DNA of 64,000 nt from Chthoniobacteraceae bacterium. Its GTDB lineage: Bacteria > Verrucomicrobiota > Verrucomicrobiia > Chthoniobacterales > Chthoniobacteraceae. The position numbers and the translations under genes were made by a program. The stretch's first letter is position 1. Each line of letters opens with the position of its first letter. Location of the stretch: contig JANNWY010000083.1 of the NCBI GenBank assembly GCA_031409335.1, positions 32,001 through 96,000 of the forward strand. The letters run 5' to 3'. Below are positions 19,711-28,529 of this stretch, one piece after another. The notes beneath the pieces are model-generated. The model saw only the letters and a program-made list of their open reading frames with translations. It did no database searches and was not told the origin of the DNA.

Positions 19711-20448
19711 ATGATCCTCCTCCCCGCAATCGATCTCATGTCCGGCGAAGTCGTCCGCCTCAAACAAGGCAAGGCTGACCAGAAGACCATTTACTCGAAC
19801 GATCCCGCGGCGTTCGCCCGCCGCTGGCAGGAGGAGGGCGGCGACTATCTGCACATCGTCGATCTCGATGCGGCGTTTTCCGGAGAACTCCGCAACATCG
19901 AAAGTGTGCGCGCGATCACGAGTGCCATCACGATTCCCTGCGAACTCGGCGGCGGGATGCGCACCGAAGCCGCCATCCGGCAGGCCATCGAGGCGGGCGT
20001 GGCGCGCGTCATCATCGGCACGCGGGCGGCGGAGTCGCTCGATTTCGTGCGCGACATGGCGCGCGAATTCGGCGGCGAGCGGATCGCGGTCGGCATCGAT
20101 GCGAAGGATGGTGTCGTCTCCGTGAAAGGCTGGACCGAGATGTCCGCGATGACGGCGCTCGATCTCGCGCGAAAGGCGGAGGATGCGGGTGCGGGCACGA
20201 TCATCTACACCGACATCGCCACCGACGGCATGATGCAGGGGCCGAATTTTGGGGAGATGGAGATCATGCTGCGCGCGCTGCACTGCCAGCTTATCGCCAG
20301 CGGCGGCGTGAGCAGCGCGGCGGATGTGGCGCGGCTTGGGAAAATGGCCGGCCTTTACGGCTGCATTATCGGCAAGGCGCTTTACGACGGCGCGATCGAC
20401 CTGCGGCAAATTTCAAACCTGAAATTTCAAATCAAAAATCCTACATGA
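19711..20448 (+). CDS. hisA: ProFAR isomerase
   Basis: ILLPAIDL, VVRLKQG, LHIVDLDAA, ELGGGMR, IYTDIATDG, IASGGV, IIGKALY. Confidence 0.96.
   Translation: MILLPAIDLMSGEVVRLKQGKADQKTIYSNDPAAFARRWQEEGGDYLHIVDLDAAFSGELRNIESVRAITSAITIPCELGGGMRTEAAIRQAIEAGVARVIIGTRAAESLDFVRDMAREFGGERIAVGIDAKDGVVSVKGWTEMSAMTALDLARKAEDAGAGTIIYTDIATDGMMQGPNFGEMEIMLRALHCQLIASGGVSSAADVARLGKMAGLYGCIIGKALYDGAIDLRQISNLKFQIKNPT
20408..20442 (+). repeat. Five degenerate AAA-starting heptamers forming the hisA 3' tail
   Basis: aaatttc-aaacctg-aaatttc-aaatcaa-aaatcct, ending 2 nt before the larC ATG. Confidence 0.6.
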
Positions 20449-21308
20449 AAATCCTTTATCTCGACTGCGCCTCCGGCATCAGCGGCGACATGACGGTCGG
20501 CGCGCTCGTCGATCTCGGCGTGAAACCATCCACCCTCGAATGGGAACTCTCGAAGCTCGCGCTCGGCGATTTTCACATGCACTTCGAGCGCCAGCAGCGG
20601 CACCATGTCGAGGGCGTGAAATTTGGCATCCATGAAGGCGCGACCCACACGCACGAGCAAGATGAGCACGCGCACGGTGAGCATTGCGGGCACGATCACG
20701 GGCATTCCCATGAGCATGAGGAACACTCGCATTCACCCGAAGAGCACGCGCATGAGTCGCATGGGTCGCATGATCACGATCACGAACACGGGCGCAGCCA
20801 TCGCGAAATCCGCGAGTTGATCGAGCACAGCGAGCTTTCCACTTTCGTGAAGAAGCGCACGCTCGCCATCTTCCAGCGCATCGCGGTCGCCGAGGGAAAA
20901 ATCCACGGCATGCCGCCGGAGAATGTCACTTTTCACGAAGTCGGCGCACTCGATTCGATCGCCGATATCGTCTGCGCGTGCGTCGCCATCGAAGCACTGG
21001 GCGTGGAAAAAGTTTTCGTCTCCGCGCTGAACGACGGACGCGGCACCGTCAATTGCGCGCACGGAACATTTCCCCTCCCCGCCCCGGCAACGATGGAAAT
21101 TTTACACGGCATCCCGCTCGGGCAACTCGATGAGCCGCACGAACTCATCACGCCCACCGGCGCGGCGATCGTCGCGGAGTTTGGCGCGTCGTTCGGGCTG
21201 ATGCCGCGCATTCAGTCGGAAAAAATCGGCTACGGCATCGGCACACGCGAACTGGCGTCGCGGCCCAACGTCCTGCGCGCCGTGCTCGGTACGCTCGCCG
21301 AGGACTAG
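20445..21308 (+). CDS. larC: Nickel-insertion protein LarC, N-terminal part, with His-rich tract
   Basis: LYLDCASGISGDMTVGALVDLG, AEGKIHG, FHEVGALDSIADI, PAPAT, ELITPTGAAI, NVLRAVLG. Confidence 0.92.
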   Translation: MKILYLDCASGISGDMTVGALVDLGVKPSTLEWELSKLALGDFHMHFERQQRHHVEGVKFGIHEGATHTHEQDEHAHGEHCGHDHGHSHEHEEHSHSPEEHAHESHGSHDHDHEHGRSHREIRELIEHSELSTFVKKRTLAIFQRIAVAEGKIHGMPPENVTFHEVGALDSIADIVCACVAIEALGVEKVFVSALNDGRGTVNCAHGTFPLPAPATMEILHGIPLGQLDEPHELITPTGAAIVAEFGASFGLMPRIQSEKIGYGIGTRELASRPNVLRAVLGTLAED

Positions 21309-21311
21309 GCG

Positions 21312-21770
21312 ATGAATGGCGGCTACGAGACGGACACCGTCACGCGCCTCGAAACGAATCTCGACGACTGCCCCGCGGAGTGGCTCGGCGCGGTGATGCA
21401 GCGCCTGCTCGAGGCCGGCGCGCTCGATGTCTGGTTCACGCCGATCCAGATGAAAAAGCTGCGCCCCGCAGTGATGCTCTCGGTGCTTTGCAATGACGAA
21501 AAGACTTCCGCGCTCGCGGACGTGATCTTCGAGGGCACGAGCGCATTCGGGCTGCGCATCGAGAAAGTGATGCGCCTGAAACTGAGCCGCCGCATCGAAA
21601 CCGTGAACACGGAATTCGGCGAGGTTGCGGTGAAAATCGGATCGCGCGGCAACGAAGTGCTCCAAGTCGCACCCGAATACGATTCATGCCTCGCGCTGGC
21701 GAATCGCACCGGCGCATCGCTGAAGCTGATCTACGAGCAAGCCGTGCAGGCTTGGCGCAGCCAAAAGTAG
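21312..21770 (+). CDS. larC: LarC C-terminal part (LarC2)
   Basis: LETNLDD, GALDVWFTPIQMKKLRP, TSAFGLR, VNTEFGEVAVK, PEYDSC; same frame as the upstream part. Confidence 0.9.
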   Translation: MNGGYETDTVTRLETNLDDCPAEWLGAVMQRLLEAGALDVWFTPIQMKKLRPAVMLSVLCNDEKTSALADVIFEGTSAFGLRIEKVMRLKLSRRIETVNTEFGEVAVKIGSRGNEVLQVAPEYDSCLALANRTGASLKLIYEQAVQAWRSQK

Positions 21771-21843
21771 GCGAGGTTTGCAACCTCGCGCAGTGGGCCG
21801 CCTCGCGTCGCTCGTCTGAGCGAGGTTGAAAACCTCGCCTACT
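21766..21843. repeat. GTAG-type REP doublet, copy 1 (GTAGGCGAGGTTTSCAACCTCGC)
   Basis: Two inverted palindromic units agtaggcgaggtttgcaacctcgc ... gcgaggttgaaaacctcgcctact; near-identical units recur at 50792-50878. Confidence 0.85.
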
Positions 21844-23416
21844 CGCTACCCACGGCGACGCGAAACAACAGCGTTCCCGCGGTCGGCGGCGTCAGTTTCA
21901 GCACGGTGTGATCCACCGGCGCGGGCGCGGCGCTCACGGTCTGGAATGGCACCCAGCCCGCTCCGGTATTCGCGCTGACGAGATAGGTCTTGCCGGGAAC
22001 GCTCGGCCACGTCAGCCGGAAGGTGCCGTCGAGTTCCGCGCGAAAGACCGAAGGCGGATTCGCCGGACTCGTTCCTGCCGTGAACTCCGCGCCATTGCTC
22101 ACGCCATCGCCGTCCTGATCGTTCGCGGCATCATCCAGCGTCGGATTCAATCCATTCTCGGTTTCCCAGTCGTCCGGCATCCCATCGTCGTCGTTATCCA
22201 CGACAGATGGAGGCACGAGCTGGTAAAGCTCCTGGCCGAAGCCATCGCCGGAATCCGCGGCGAGAAAAAGGCCGTCGTTGATCGCGCGGAGACCGCTGGC
22301 ATTCGATCCGTAGGTGCCTTCGTAAATGTCGGCGACCATCTGCGGCGAGCCAGTGCCGCGATAGACCCAGAGTTCGTGTCCGTGCGTGCCGTCGTTGGCG
22401 AGAAAGTAGAGTTTGTGCCGGTGGACGGCAAAATTCGACGGCGCCGAGTCGGCGAGAAAATCGTCGCCGCCGGAAGCCAGATTCGGATTGATGTTCGCGA
22501 CCATCGTGAAGGTCGAGCCGTTGTATTTCCAAAGCTCGATCCCGGCGGAAGTGCGGTCGTTGGCGGCGAAGTAGAGCGCGTTTTTGAACACGGTCATCCC
22601 GGACGGATCGAATGCCAGCGGACCGGGAGCCTTGTCTGCGACCAGCGTGGAAGTCGTCCCATCATAGCCCCACAACTCGGTGCCATAGGTTGGGTTGTAA
22701 GCCTGAAAGTAGAGCTTTCCTTGAAACACCGTGAGCCCAGACGGTGCCGAGCCGTTGCCCGGATTGATGTTCGGACCGGCCTTCGATAGCGCGCTTCCAT
22801 CGTAGCGCCAGAGCTCCGTCCCCTGCCCCACCTGACCGTTCGCGCTGAAATAAAGCGCGCCATTGTATTCCGCGAAATGCTGCGGGTAGCCGCTGCCACT
22901 GCCGGGATAGATGTCGATGACCGTCAGCGTCGTCCCGTTCCACCGGAACAACTCCGTGCCCACATCCGAAAAGCGCGTGCCGCGAAAATAGAGGTCGCCT
23001 TTAAATGCGATGAACGCCTCCGGATTCTGCACGGAAACCGCAGCGGCGATCTTGGTCAGCGCCGTTCCATTCCACGACCACAGTCGATGCCCCGTGCCGT
23101 CGTTCGCACCGAAATAGAGCGTGTCATTCGCGACCGTCAGGTCGGTGGGAGTCGAGCTGCCAGCGGGATGGATCTCACCGACCTGCGCGGCAGTGGTTCC
23201 GTTGAACCGCCACAGCTCCACATTTTGCAGCGCACTGTTTGAGCGAAAGTAGATCTCGCCTTTGTAAGCCACGAGATACGACGGTCCCGAGCCGCGCGGG
23301 CCGGGATTCAGATCGAGCGCGAGCTGCACGGTGTCGGCATTCGCCTGGAGGCAGGCGAGAAATGCGGCAGTCAGACAGCAGCGCAACATGGCAAAACGCG
23401 GGGGAGTCATGACCAT
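21839..23416 (-). CDS. Secreted ELWxxDGT-repeat beta-propeller protein with acidic Ca-binding-like repeat and C-terminal domain
   Basis: Repeated ELWRFNGT / ELWRYDGS / ELWGYDGT / ELWKYNGS and LYFxA motifs; DNDDDGMPDDWE..DQDGDGVSN. Start may be 23416, 23410 or 23389. Confidence 0.88.
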   Translation of the reverse strand: MVMTPPRFAMLRCCLTAAFLACLQANADTVQLALDLNPGPRGSGPSYLVAYKGEIYFRSNSALQNVELWRFNGTTAAQVGEIHPAGSSTPTDLTVANDTLYFGANDGTGHRLWSWNGTALTKIAAAVSVQNPEAFIAFKGDLYFRGTRFSDVGTELFRWNGTTLTVIDIYPGSGSGYPQHFAEYNGALYFSANGQVGQGTELWRYDGSALSKAGPNINPGNGSAPSGLTVFQGKLYFQAYNPTYGTELWGYDGTTSTLVADKAPGPLAFDPSGMTVFKNALYFAANDRTSAGIELWKYNGSTFTMVANINPNLASGGDDFLADSAPSNFAVHRHKLYFLANDGTHGHELWVYRGTGSPQMVADIYEGTYGSNASGLRAINDGLFLAADSGDGFGQELYQLVPPSVVDNDDDGMPDDWETENGLNPTLDDAANDQDGDGVSNGAEFTAGTSPANPPSVFRAELDGTFRLTWPSVPGKTYLVSANTGAGWVPFQTVSAAPAPVDHTVLKLTPPTAGTLLFRVAVGSE

Positions 23417-23474
23417 GGCCTATGGCATCGCGCCGCAAATGCAATGCGGTGAATGTTACGTTTTGAAACGTCGA

Positions 23475-24182
23475 TCAGCGCAGCGAAACCGGGAGAAATT
23501 CGCGCGGTGCCTGGATCAGCACGGGATGCGCAGCGGGCCGCAGCCAGCGTTGCAGCTCGGCGATGGCATCGCGCGGCATCGTGGTGCAGCCGGCGCTGCC
23601 GCGCCCTGGCCCGCGCCACAGGTGCATGAAAATGCACGAGCCTGCGCGCGGGACGGCGCGGGGATTGTGGGCCACGACGATGCCGAGGCGGTAGTCTTCG
23701 CTGTCCGGGCGCATTTTTTCCGAGGAGTTCCAATCCGGTTTTGCGATGCGGGTGCGATCGACGATGCGGTTGTAGTAGCGGGAGTGCGGATCGTCGATGG
23801 CTGCGATGTCCGGCCCGCCGCGAATGTAGGGAAGCGAGACGCCCGCGGGCTTTTCATCGTAACCGAATGCGGCGGTAAGCCGGAAGACTCCAGCCGGTGC
23901 CTTGCCATCGCCCTCGACCTTTCGCGGGCCGTCGGATGGGACCGTGTGCAAACCCAGCCCCCACGCCAGTCCCGAGCGTCCCACATTCACCGAAATCGCC
24001 GGGCCCGCCGCGCGCCACGGCTCGCGCGAACTGCTCCGCGAAAAGCGGCGAAGCGTTCCCGAAGTGTCGCTCCATCCCCGCGTGGCGACGAAGACGCACT
24101 GGCGCGCGGCGGCGGGAGCAGCGAGTTCGCTGGCACAGATCTGCGGGGCGCACGCGAGCAGGATGAGAAGGTGAAAACGCAT
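23475..24182 (-). CDS. L,D-transpeptidase (YkuD-like) family protein
   Basis: KVEGDGKAPAGVF, GSCIFMHLW...GSAGCTTM (catalytic His/Cys); signal peptide from ATG 24182. Confidence 0.88.
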   Translation of the reverse strand: MRFHLLILLACAPQICASELAAPAAARQCVFVATRGWSDTSGTLRRFSRSSSREPWRAAGPAISVNVGRSGLAWGLGLHTVPSDGPRKVEGDGKAPAGVFRLTAAFGYDEKPAGVSLPYIRGGPDIAAIDDPHSRYYNRIVDRTRIAKPDWNSSEKMRPDSEDYRLGIVVAHNPRAVPRAGSCIFMHLWRGPGRGSAGCTTMPRDAIAELQRWLRPAAHPVLIQAPREFLPVSLR

Positions 24183-24270
24183 GGTCGTGAGTGAAGCAGA
24201 ACGGCGGATGATTTGCCCGAAAAGATGCTTGCGCGCACAGTCGCCGCTGCTAGACGTTCCCGCTCGCAAA

Positions 24271-24351
24271 GCTCGGGTGGTGAAATGGCAGACACGTACG
24301 TTTGAGGGGCGTATGCCGTAAGGCGTGGGGGTTCAAGTCCCCCCCCGAGCA
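24271..24351 (+). tRNA. tRNA-Leu (anticodon GAG); CCA not encoded
   Basis: Acceptor stem GCTCGGG/CCCGAGC + A; anticodon arm tacgt-ttGAGgg-gcgta; long variable arm; T arm GGGGG-TTCAAGT-CCCCC. Confidence 0.95.
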
Positions 24352-24518
24352 CTTTCCCGGCAAGCCATCAAGTTCGACCGTGGCTGTCGCCACAAAGTGA
24401 CCACTGAGGGCCGTGCCTTCCGGCGCTCTCGGGGCGCGTTGGCAATGCTCCCAATTTCGCGCAGCTTTGACAAAACGCCGACGAGGTGGGAGCCTCGCCG
24501 AAATTCAACCCCGGTCGA

Positions 24519-26177
24519 ATGTCACCTACAGGCAAAGCACCTTCCGGCACCGCTTCTTCGGAGGCTGAGGGCGGGCGTGTCGAGGAGGCAACGGCGGAGC
24601 ACGATGAGCGGATGAATCTGGCCCTCGCCTCCGCGGGCATCGGCACTTGGAATTGGAAGATGCCCTCCAATGCGGTCTCCTGGGATGCGCGGATGCACGA
24701 CCTCTTCGGTCTGAAGCATGGGACTTTTGCGGGAACCTTTAAGGGTTTCGCCGAGCTGCTGCATCCCGACGATCGTGAGCGCGTCCAGGGCGCGGTGACG
24801 CGAGCGGTGGATGACGGTGCGAGTTTCGACACGGAGTATCGCGTGGTGTGGCCGGACGACGGCGGCATTCACATGGTGCGCGCGCGGGGCAAAGTCTATC
24901 GCGACGAAAAGGGTGAGGCTGTCCACATGACCGGCGCTTGCTGGGACATCACCGAGCGCTGGCGGTCGGACGAAGCACTGCGGGAGAGTGAGCAACGTTA
25001 CGGGCGGCTGCTGGATTCGGTGACGGACTACGTTTACACCGTCAGGATGCGCGAAGACCGCGTGACCTCGACTTCGCACGGCGCGGGGTGCATGGCGGTC
25101 ACGGGATATTCGCCGGAGGAATTTCAAGCGGACTCGTGGCTGTGGCACCGGATCATTCATCAGGACGATCGCGATGCGGTGGTCGGCAACATTGCGCGGA
25201 TGATCCGTGAGCGCGCGCCGATCACGATGGAGCACCGGCTCATCCGGCGCGATGGCGGCGTGCGGTGGGTGCGCAACAAACAAGTGCCGCGCTACGATTC
25301 CGAAGGGTGCCTCGTGTCCTACGACGGATTGGTTTCGGACATCACTGAGCGAAAGCTGGCGGAGGAAAAAGTGCGCACGGTGCTGGAGGATCTCACGAGA
25401 TCACACGAGGAATTGAAGGCGGCGCAGATGCAATTGATCCAGGCCGAGAAACTGCAATCCGTCGGCAGACTCGCGGCAGGCGTCGCGCACGAGGTAAAGA
25501 ATCCGCTGGCGACTTTGCAGATGGGAATCCAATGCCTGCGCGATCTCGATGTCGCGAAGGATGAGACGGGTGCGATGGTGCTCGGCGAAATGGATGAAGC
25601 CGTGCGCCGGGCAGCCGTCGTGGTGAGCGATCTGCTCGACCTCTCCTCGCCAAAGGAACTCGGGATGCGCGAGGCGCAGATCAATCCGCTGATCGAGAAA
25701 TCGCTCCGCTTTGTGAAGCACGACATCCTGCTGCAAAAGATCAACGTCATCACACAACTCGCGGCGGACGTGCCGCCCTGCCTCGTCGATGCGGACAAAA
25801 TCGAGCAGGTGCTCATCAATCTTTTTACCAACGCGTGCGACGCGATGCCCGAACATGGCACGCTGACCGTCACCAGCGCGGCCCGGACGCTGCGGGCGGA
25901 TGAAGTGGCTTTCGAGGAAGGCGACCGCGGCGGCGTCCGGTTTCGCGATGGCGAGCGAGTGGTGGCGATCGAGGTGCGCGATACCGGCTCGGGAATTCCC
26001 GAGGCAAAGCTCGGGCACATCTTCGACCCATTTTTCACAACGAAAGCAACCGGACAGGGCACCGGCCTCGGCTTGTCGGTGGCGCGGCAGATCATCGAAT
26101 TGCACAAGGGCCGGATCAGCGTCGCGAATGCGCCGGGCGGCGGCGCGGTCGCGACGATCGTCTTGAAGTGCGTGTGA
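24519..26177 (+). CDS. Cytoplasmic two-PAS sensor histidine kinase (NtrB-like)
   Basis: Two PAS_3/PAC units (LHPDDRERV, IHQDDRDAV, DITERK), H-box AGVAHEVKNPL, N-box QVLINLFTNA, DTGSGI, FFTTK, GTGLGL. Confidence 0.92.
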   Translation: MSPTGKAPSGTASSEAEGGRVEEATAEHDERMNLALASAGIGTWNWKMPSNAVSWDARMHDLFGLKHGTFAGTFKGFAELLHPDDRERVQGAVTRAVDDGASFDTEYRVVWPDDGGIHMVRARGKVYRDEKGEAVHMTGACWDITERWRSDEALRESEQRYGRLLDSVTDYVYTVRMREDRVTSTSHGAGCMAVTGYSPEEFQADSWLWHRIIHQDDRDAVVGNIARMIRERAPITMEHRLIRRDGGVRWVRNKQVPRYDSEGCLVSYDGLVSDITERKLAEEKVRTVLEDLTRSHEELKAAQMQLIQAEKLQSVGRLAAGVAHEVKNPLATLQMGIQCLRDLDVAKDETGAMVLGEMDEAVRRAAVVVSDLLDLSSPKELGMREAQINPLIEKSLRFVKHDILLQKINVITQLAADVPPCLVDADKIEQVLINLFTNACDAMPEHGTLTVTSAARTLRADEVAFEEGDRGGVRFRDGERVVAIEVRDTGSGIPEAKLGHIFDPFFTTKATGQGTGLGLSVARQIIELHKGRISVANAPGGGAVATIVLKCV

Positions 26178-26200
26178 TCAGTGCCGTTTGCGCAGCGCGC

Positions 26201-27757
26201 TCATTGCCGCGCCATCACCCGGTAGAAATACGCGGTCGCGCTCGCCGACGGATCCGTCAATGAAACCATGGCGCCTTCATCCACCAGCGTCGCCCCGCTG
26301 ACTGGCAGCCACGTGCCGTAGTTCAGCACCGATGAACGGAACAGCGTGTAAGTCGCACCCGCGGCCTTGTTCACGCGAACGGTGAATTGCGTTCCGTTCA
26401 GCGCAGTGCCTTGCACGACCGGCGTCGCGAGCGTTGTCTGGAATTTTCCCAGCTCGATTTTCAAACCGTAGTAGCTCCCATGCGCTGCCGCAGTGAGCGT
26501 GCTGGAAAGCAGATTGCTCGTTTCGTTCACGTCTGTGCTGAACTGGTACAACTCCTCACGGCCATCGAGGAACTGGATGAGCTTGAAGCCACTCCCATCG
26601 CGCAGCGTCCTGCCCGATTCTCCCACTTGGATCGAGTCGCCGAATCCCTCGCTGAATGCAAAGCGCGCGGGGTCGTCCTTGTTTTGCAGAATGGGCAGGA
26701 TGCTGTGCGAGTCGATCGGGTTCGCGGCTGGTTGCGTCACGCTCACATTGATCCCGGCGAGTTCGAGAATCGTCGCGTAGAGATCCACGCAATGCACCAG
26801 CGCGCTGCTGTCGCGATTCGGGTTCACGACCGCGGGTCCGGCGATGATCATCGGCACGCGCGTGCCGCCTTCATACAGCGTGTCCTTCGCATGCGCCGCG
26901 GTGTAAGGCGTCTGCACGATCTGCGGCGGCGTGCCATTGTCTCCGATGAAAATGATGTGCGTCTTCTGGCGATCCACCGCCGCGAGCAGTCGCCCGACTT
27001 CCCTGTCCATCGCTTCCGCCGCTGCCTCGAACTTCTGCCGGTTCGTCAGCGCGCCGCTGCCATAAGTGTGCAGGCTCGCGGGCGGAGTGTGAAACGGGGT
27101 GTGCGGCGCATTCAAGCCGACCCATGCGAACCACGGCGACGCGCCGCGCGACTGAATCCACGCGACCGCATCGTTCACGGTCTCGGTCGTCGCGTAGGTC
27201 GTGCTCGTGCTCGTCGTGGGGACGTTGTTAATCGGGCCGACGGTCACTTTCGACCAGTTCGAGTAATCCGTCAGCGCGCCACCGATCGAGCCCGCGAAGT
27301 ATGTCCAGCCACCCATCGTCCGCGGCGTGTTGTTGCTGCCGGGGCCGGAATTGAGATGCCACTTTCCAAAAGACGCGAGCTGGTAGCCGAGTGATGCGTT
27401 CGCCGCGAATGCCTCGGGCAGCGTGAACTCCGCAGCCTGAAGCTCCGGGTCCGTCGCACCAACAATCGCCTCGCCTATCCCGGTGCGAAAAGGATGTCGT
27501 CCGGTCAGCATCGCGGCACGCGAAGGCGAGCACGTCGGGTGCGCGCAGGCATTGCGAAACAGGATTCCGCCGGCCCTCAGCGCAGTGATGTTCGGCATCG
27601 GCGGCAGGCTCGCTCCCGCGCTCGCGGTGAGGGGAAAACTGTCCGCGCCGAGATCGTCGGCGATGATGAGCAGGATGTTGTCCGCGCCATGGGCCGGCGC
27701 AAGCAGCGGGAGAACGAGCGCGGCGATTGTGAATGGGAGGAAACATGTGAACTTCAT
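26201..27757 (-). CDS. Secreted Cys-type sulfatase with C-terminal domain
   Basis: NILLIIADDLG, CSPSRAAMLTGR, GKWHL, APHTPFH, FIGDNG, LYEGGTRVP. Confidence 0.93.
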   Translation of the reverse strand: MKFTCFLPFTIAALVLPLLAPAHGADNILLIIADDLGADSFPLTASAGASLPPMPNITALRAGGILFRNACAHPTCSPSRAAMLTGRHPFRTGIGEAIVGATDPELQAAEFTLPEAFAANASLGYQLASFGKWHLNSGPGSNNTPRTMGGWTYFAGSIGGALTDYSNWSKVTVGPINNVPTTSTSTTYATTETVNDAVAWIQSRGASPWFAWVGLNAPHTPFHTPPASLHTYGSGALTNRQKFEAAAEAMDREVGRLLAAVDRQKTHIIFIGDNGTPPQIVQTPYTAAHAKDTLYEGGTRVPMIIAGPAVVNPNRDSSALVHCVDLYATILELAGINVSVTQPAANPIDSHSILPILQNKDDPARFAFSEGFGDSIQVGESGRTLRDGSGFKLIQFLDGREELYQFSTDVNETSNLLSSTLTAAAHGSYYGLKIELGKFQTTLATPVVQGTALNGTQFTVRVNKAAGATYTLFRSSVLNYGTWLPVSGATLVDEGAMVSLTDPSASATAYFYRVMARQ

Positions 27758-27857
27758 TTTGGACAATGAACCCGGCGCGGATAAACGCCGGCGATTCATC
27801 CACATAAAACTCCGTTTATCTGCTCCCGTTGCGATCCACTTTCGTTAGCTTCGCGCC

Positions 27858-28529
27858 GTGCGAATCCTCCTCGTCGAAGACCAAGCCAAGCTCCGCGCCT
27901 TTGCCAAAAAGGGGCTCGAGGAACTCGGCATTTCCGTCGATGCGGTCGGCGATGGCGACGAGGCATTTCGCCGCGCGACCGAGACGCCATACGATGCGCT
28001 CGTGCTCGACATCATGCTGCCCGGGCGCGACGGCCTCAGCATCCTGCGCGGCCTGCGCGAGCGGCGGAATACCGTGCCCATCATCCTGCTCACCGCGCGC
28101 GCGACTTTGCCGGAGAAACTCGAAGGCCTGAATCTCGGCGCGGACGATTACCTCACGAAGCCGTTCTTCGTCGAGGAACTCGCCGCGCGCCTGCGCACCA
28201 TCGTTCGCAGAAAGGCGGGCGAGCCTTCGCACCTGCTGCGCGTGGCGGATCTCGCGATGGATTTACTGACGCGAAAAGTCACGCGCGACGCCGGGGAAAT
28301 CGTGCTCACGACGCGCGAGTTCGAGCTGCTGGAATTCCTCATGCGATCGCCGGGCCGCGTGTTTGGTCGCGTGCAAATCTACGAACACGTCTGGGGCTAC
28401 GACATGGATTTGGAGAGCAATCTTGTGGAAGTCTATGTGCAGCGGCTGCGCGCCAAGATCGACAAGGATCGCGAGCCGAAGCTGCTGCGCACCGTGCGCA
28501 ATGCCGGCTACGTGCTCGCCGAGAAATGA
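27858..28529 (+). CDS. OmpR-family response regulator (CusR/CzcR-like)
   Basis: ILLVED, LDIMLPGRDG, LTAR, GADDYLTKPF, LTTREFELL, RTVRNAGY. Confidence 0.95.
   Translation: MRILLVEDQAKLRAFAKKGLEELGISVDAVGDGDEAFRRATETPYDALVLDIMLPGRDGLSILRGLRERRNTVPIILLTARATLPEKLEGLNLGADDYLTKPFFVEELAARLRTIVRRKAGEPSHLLRVADLAMDLLTRKVTRDAGEIVLTTREFELLEFLMRSPGRVFGRVQIYEHVWGYDMDLESNLVEVYVQRLRAKIDKDREPKLLRTVRNAGYVLAEK

Noticed and set aside
21306..21308. Pyrrolysine decoding of the larC amber codon
   Set aside because: No pyl genes in the window, and TAG is a normal stop for many genes here.
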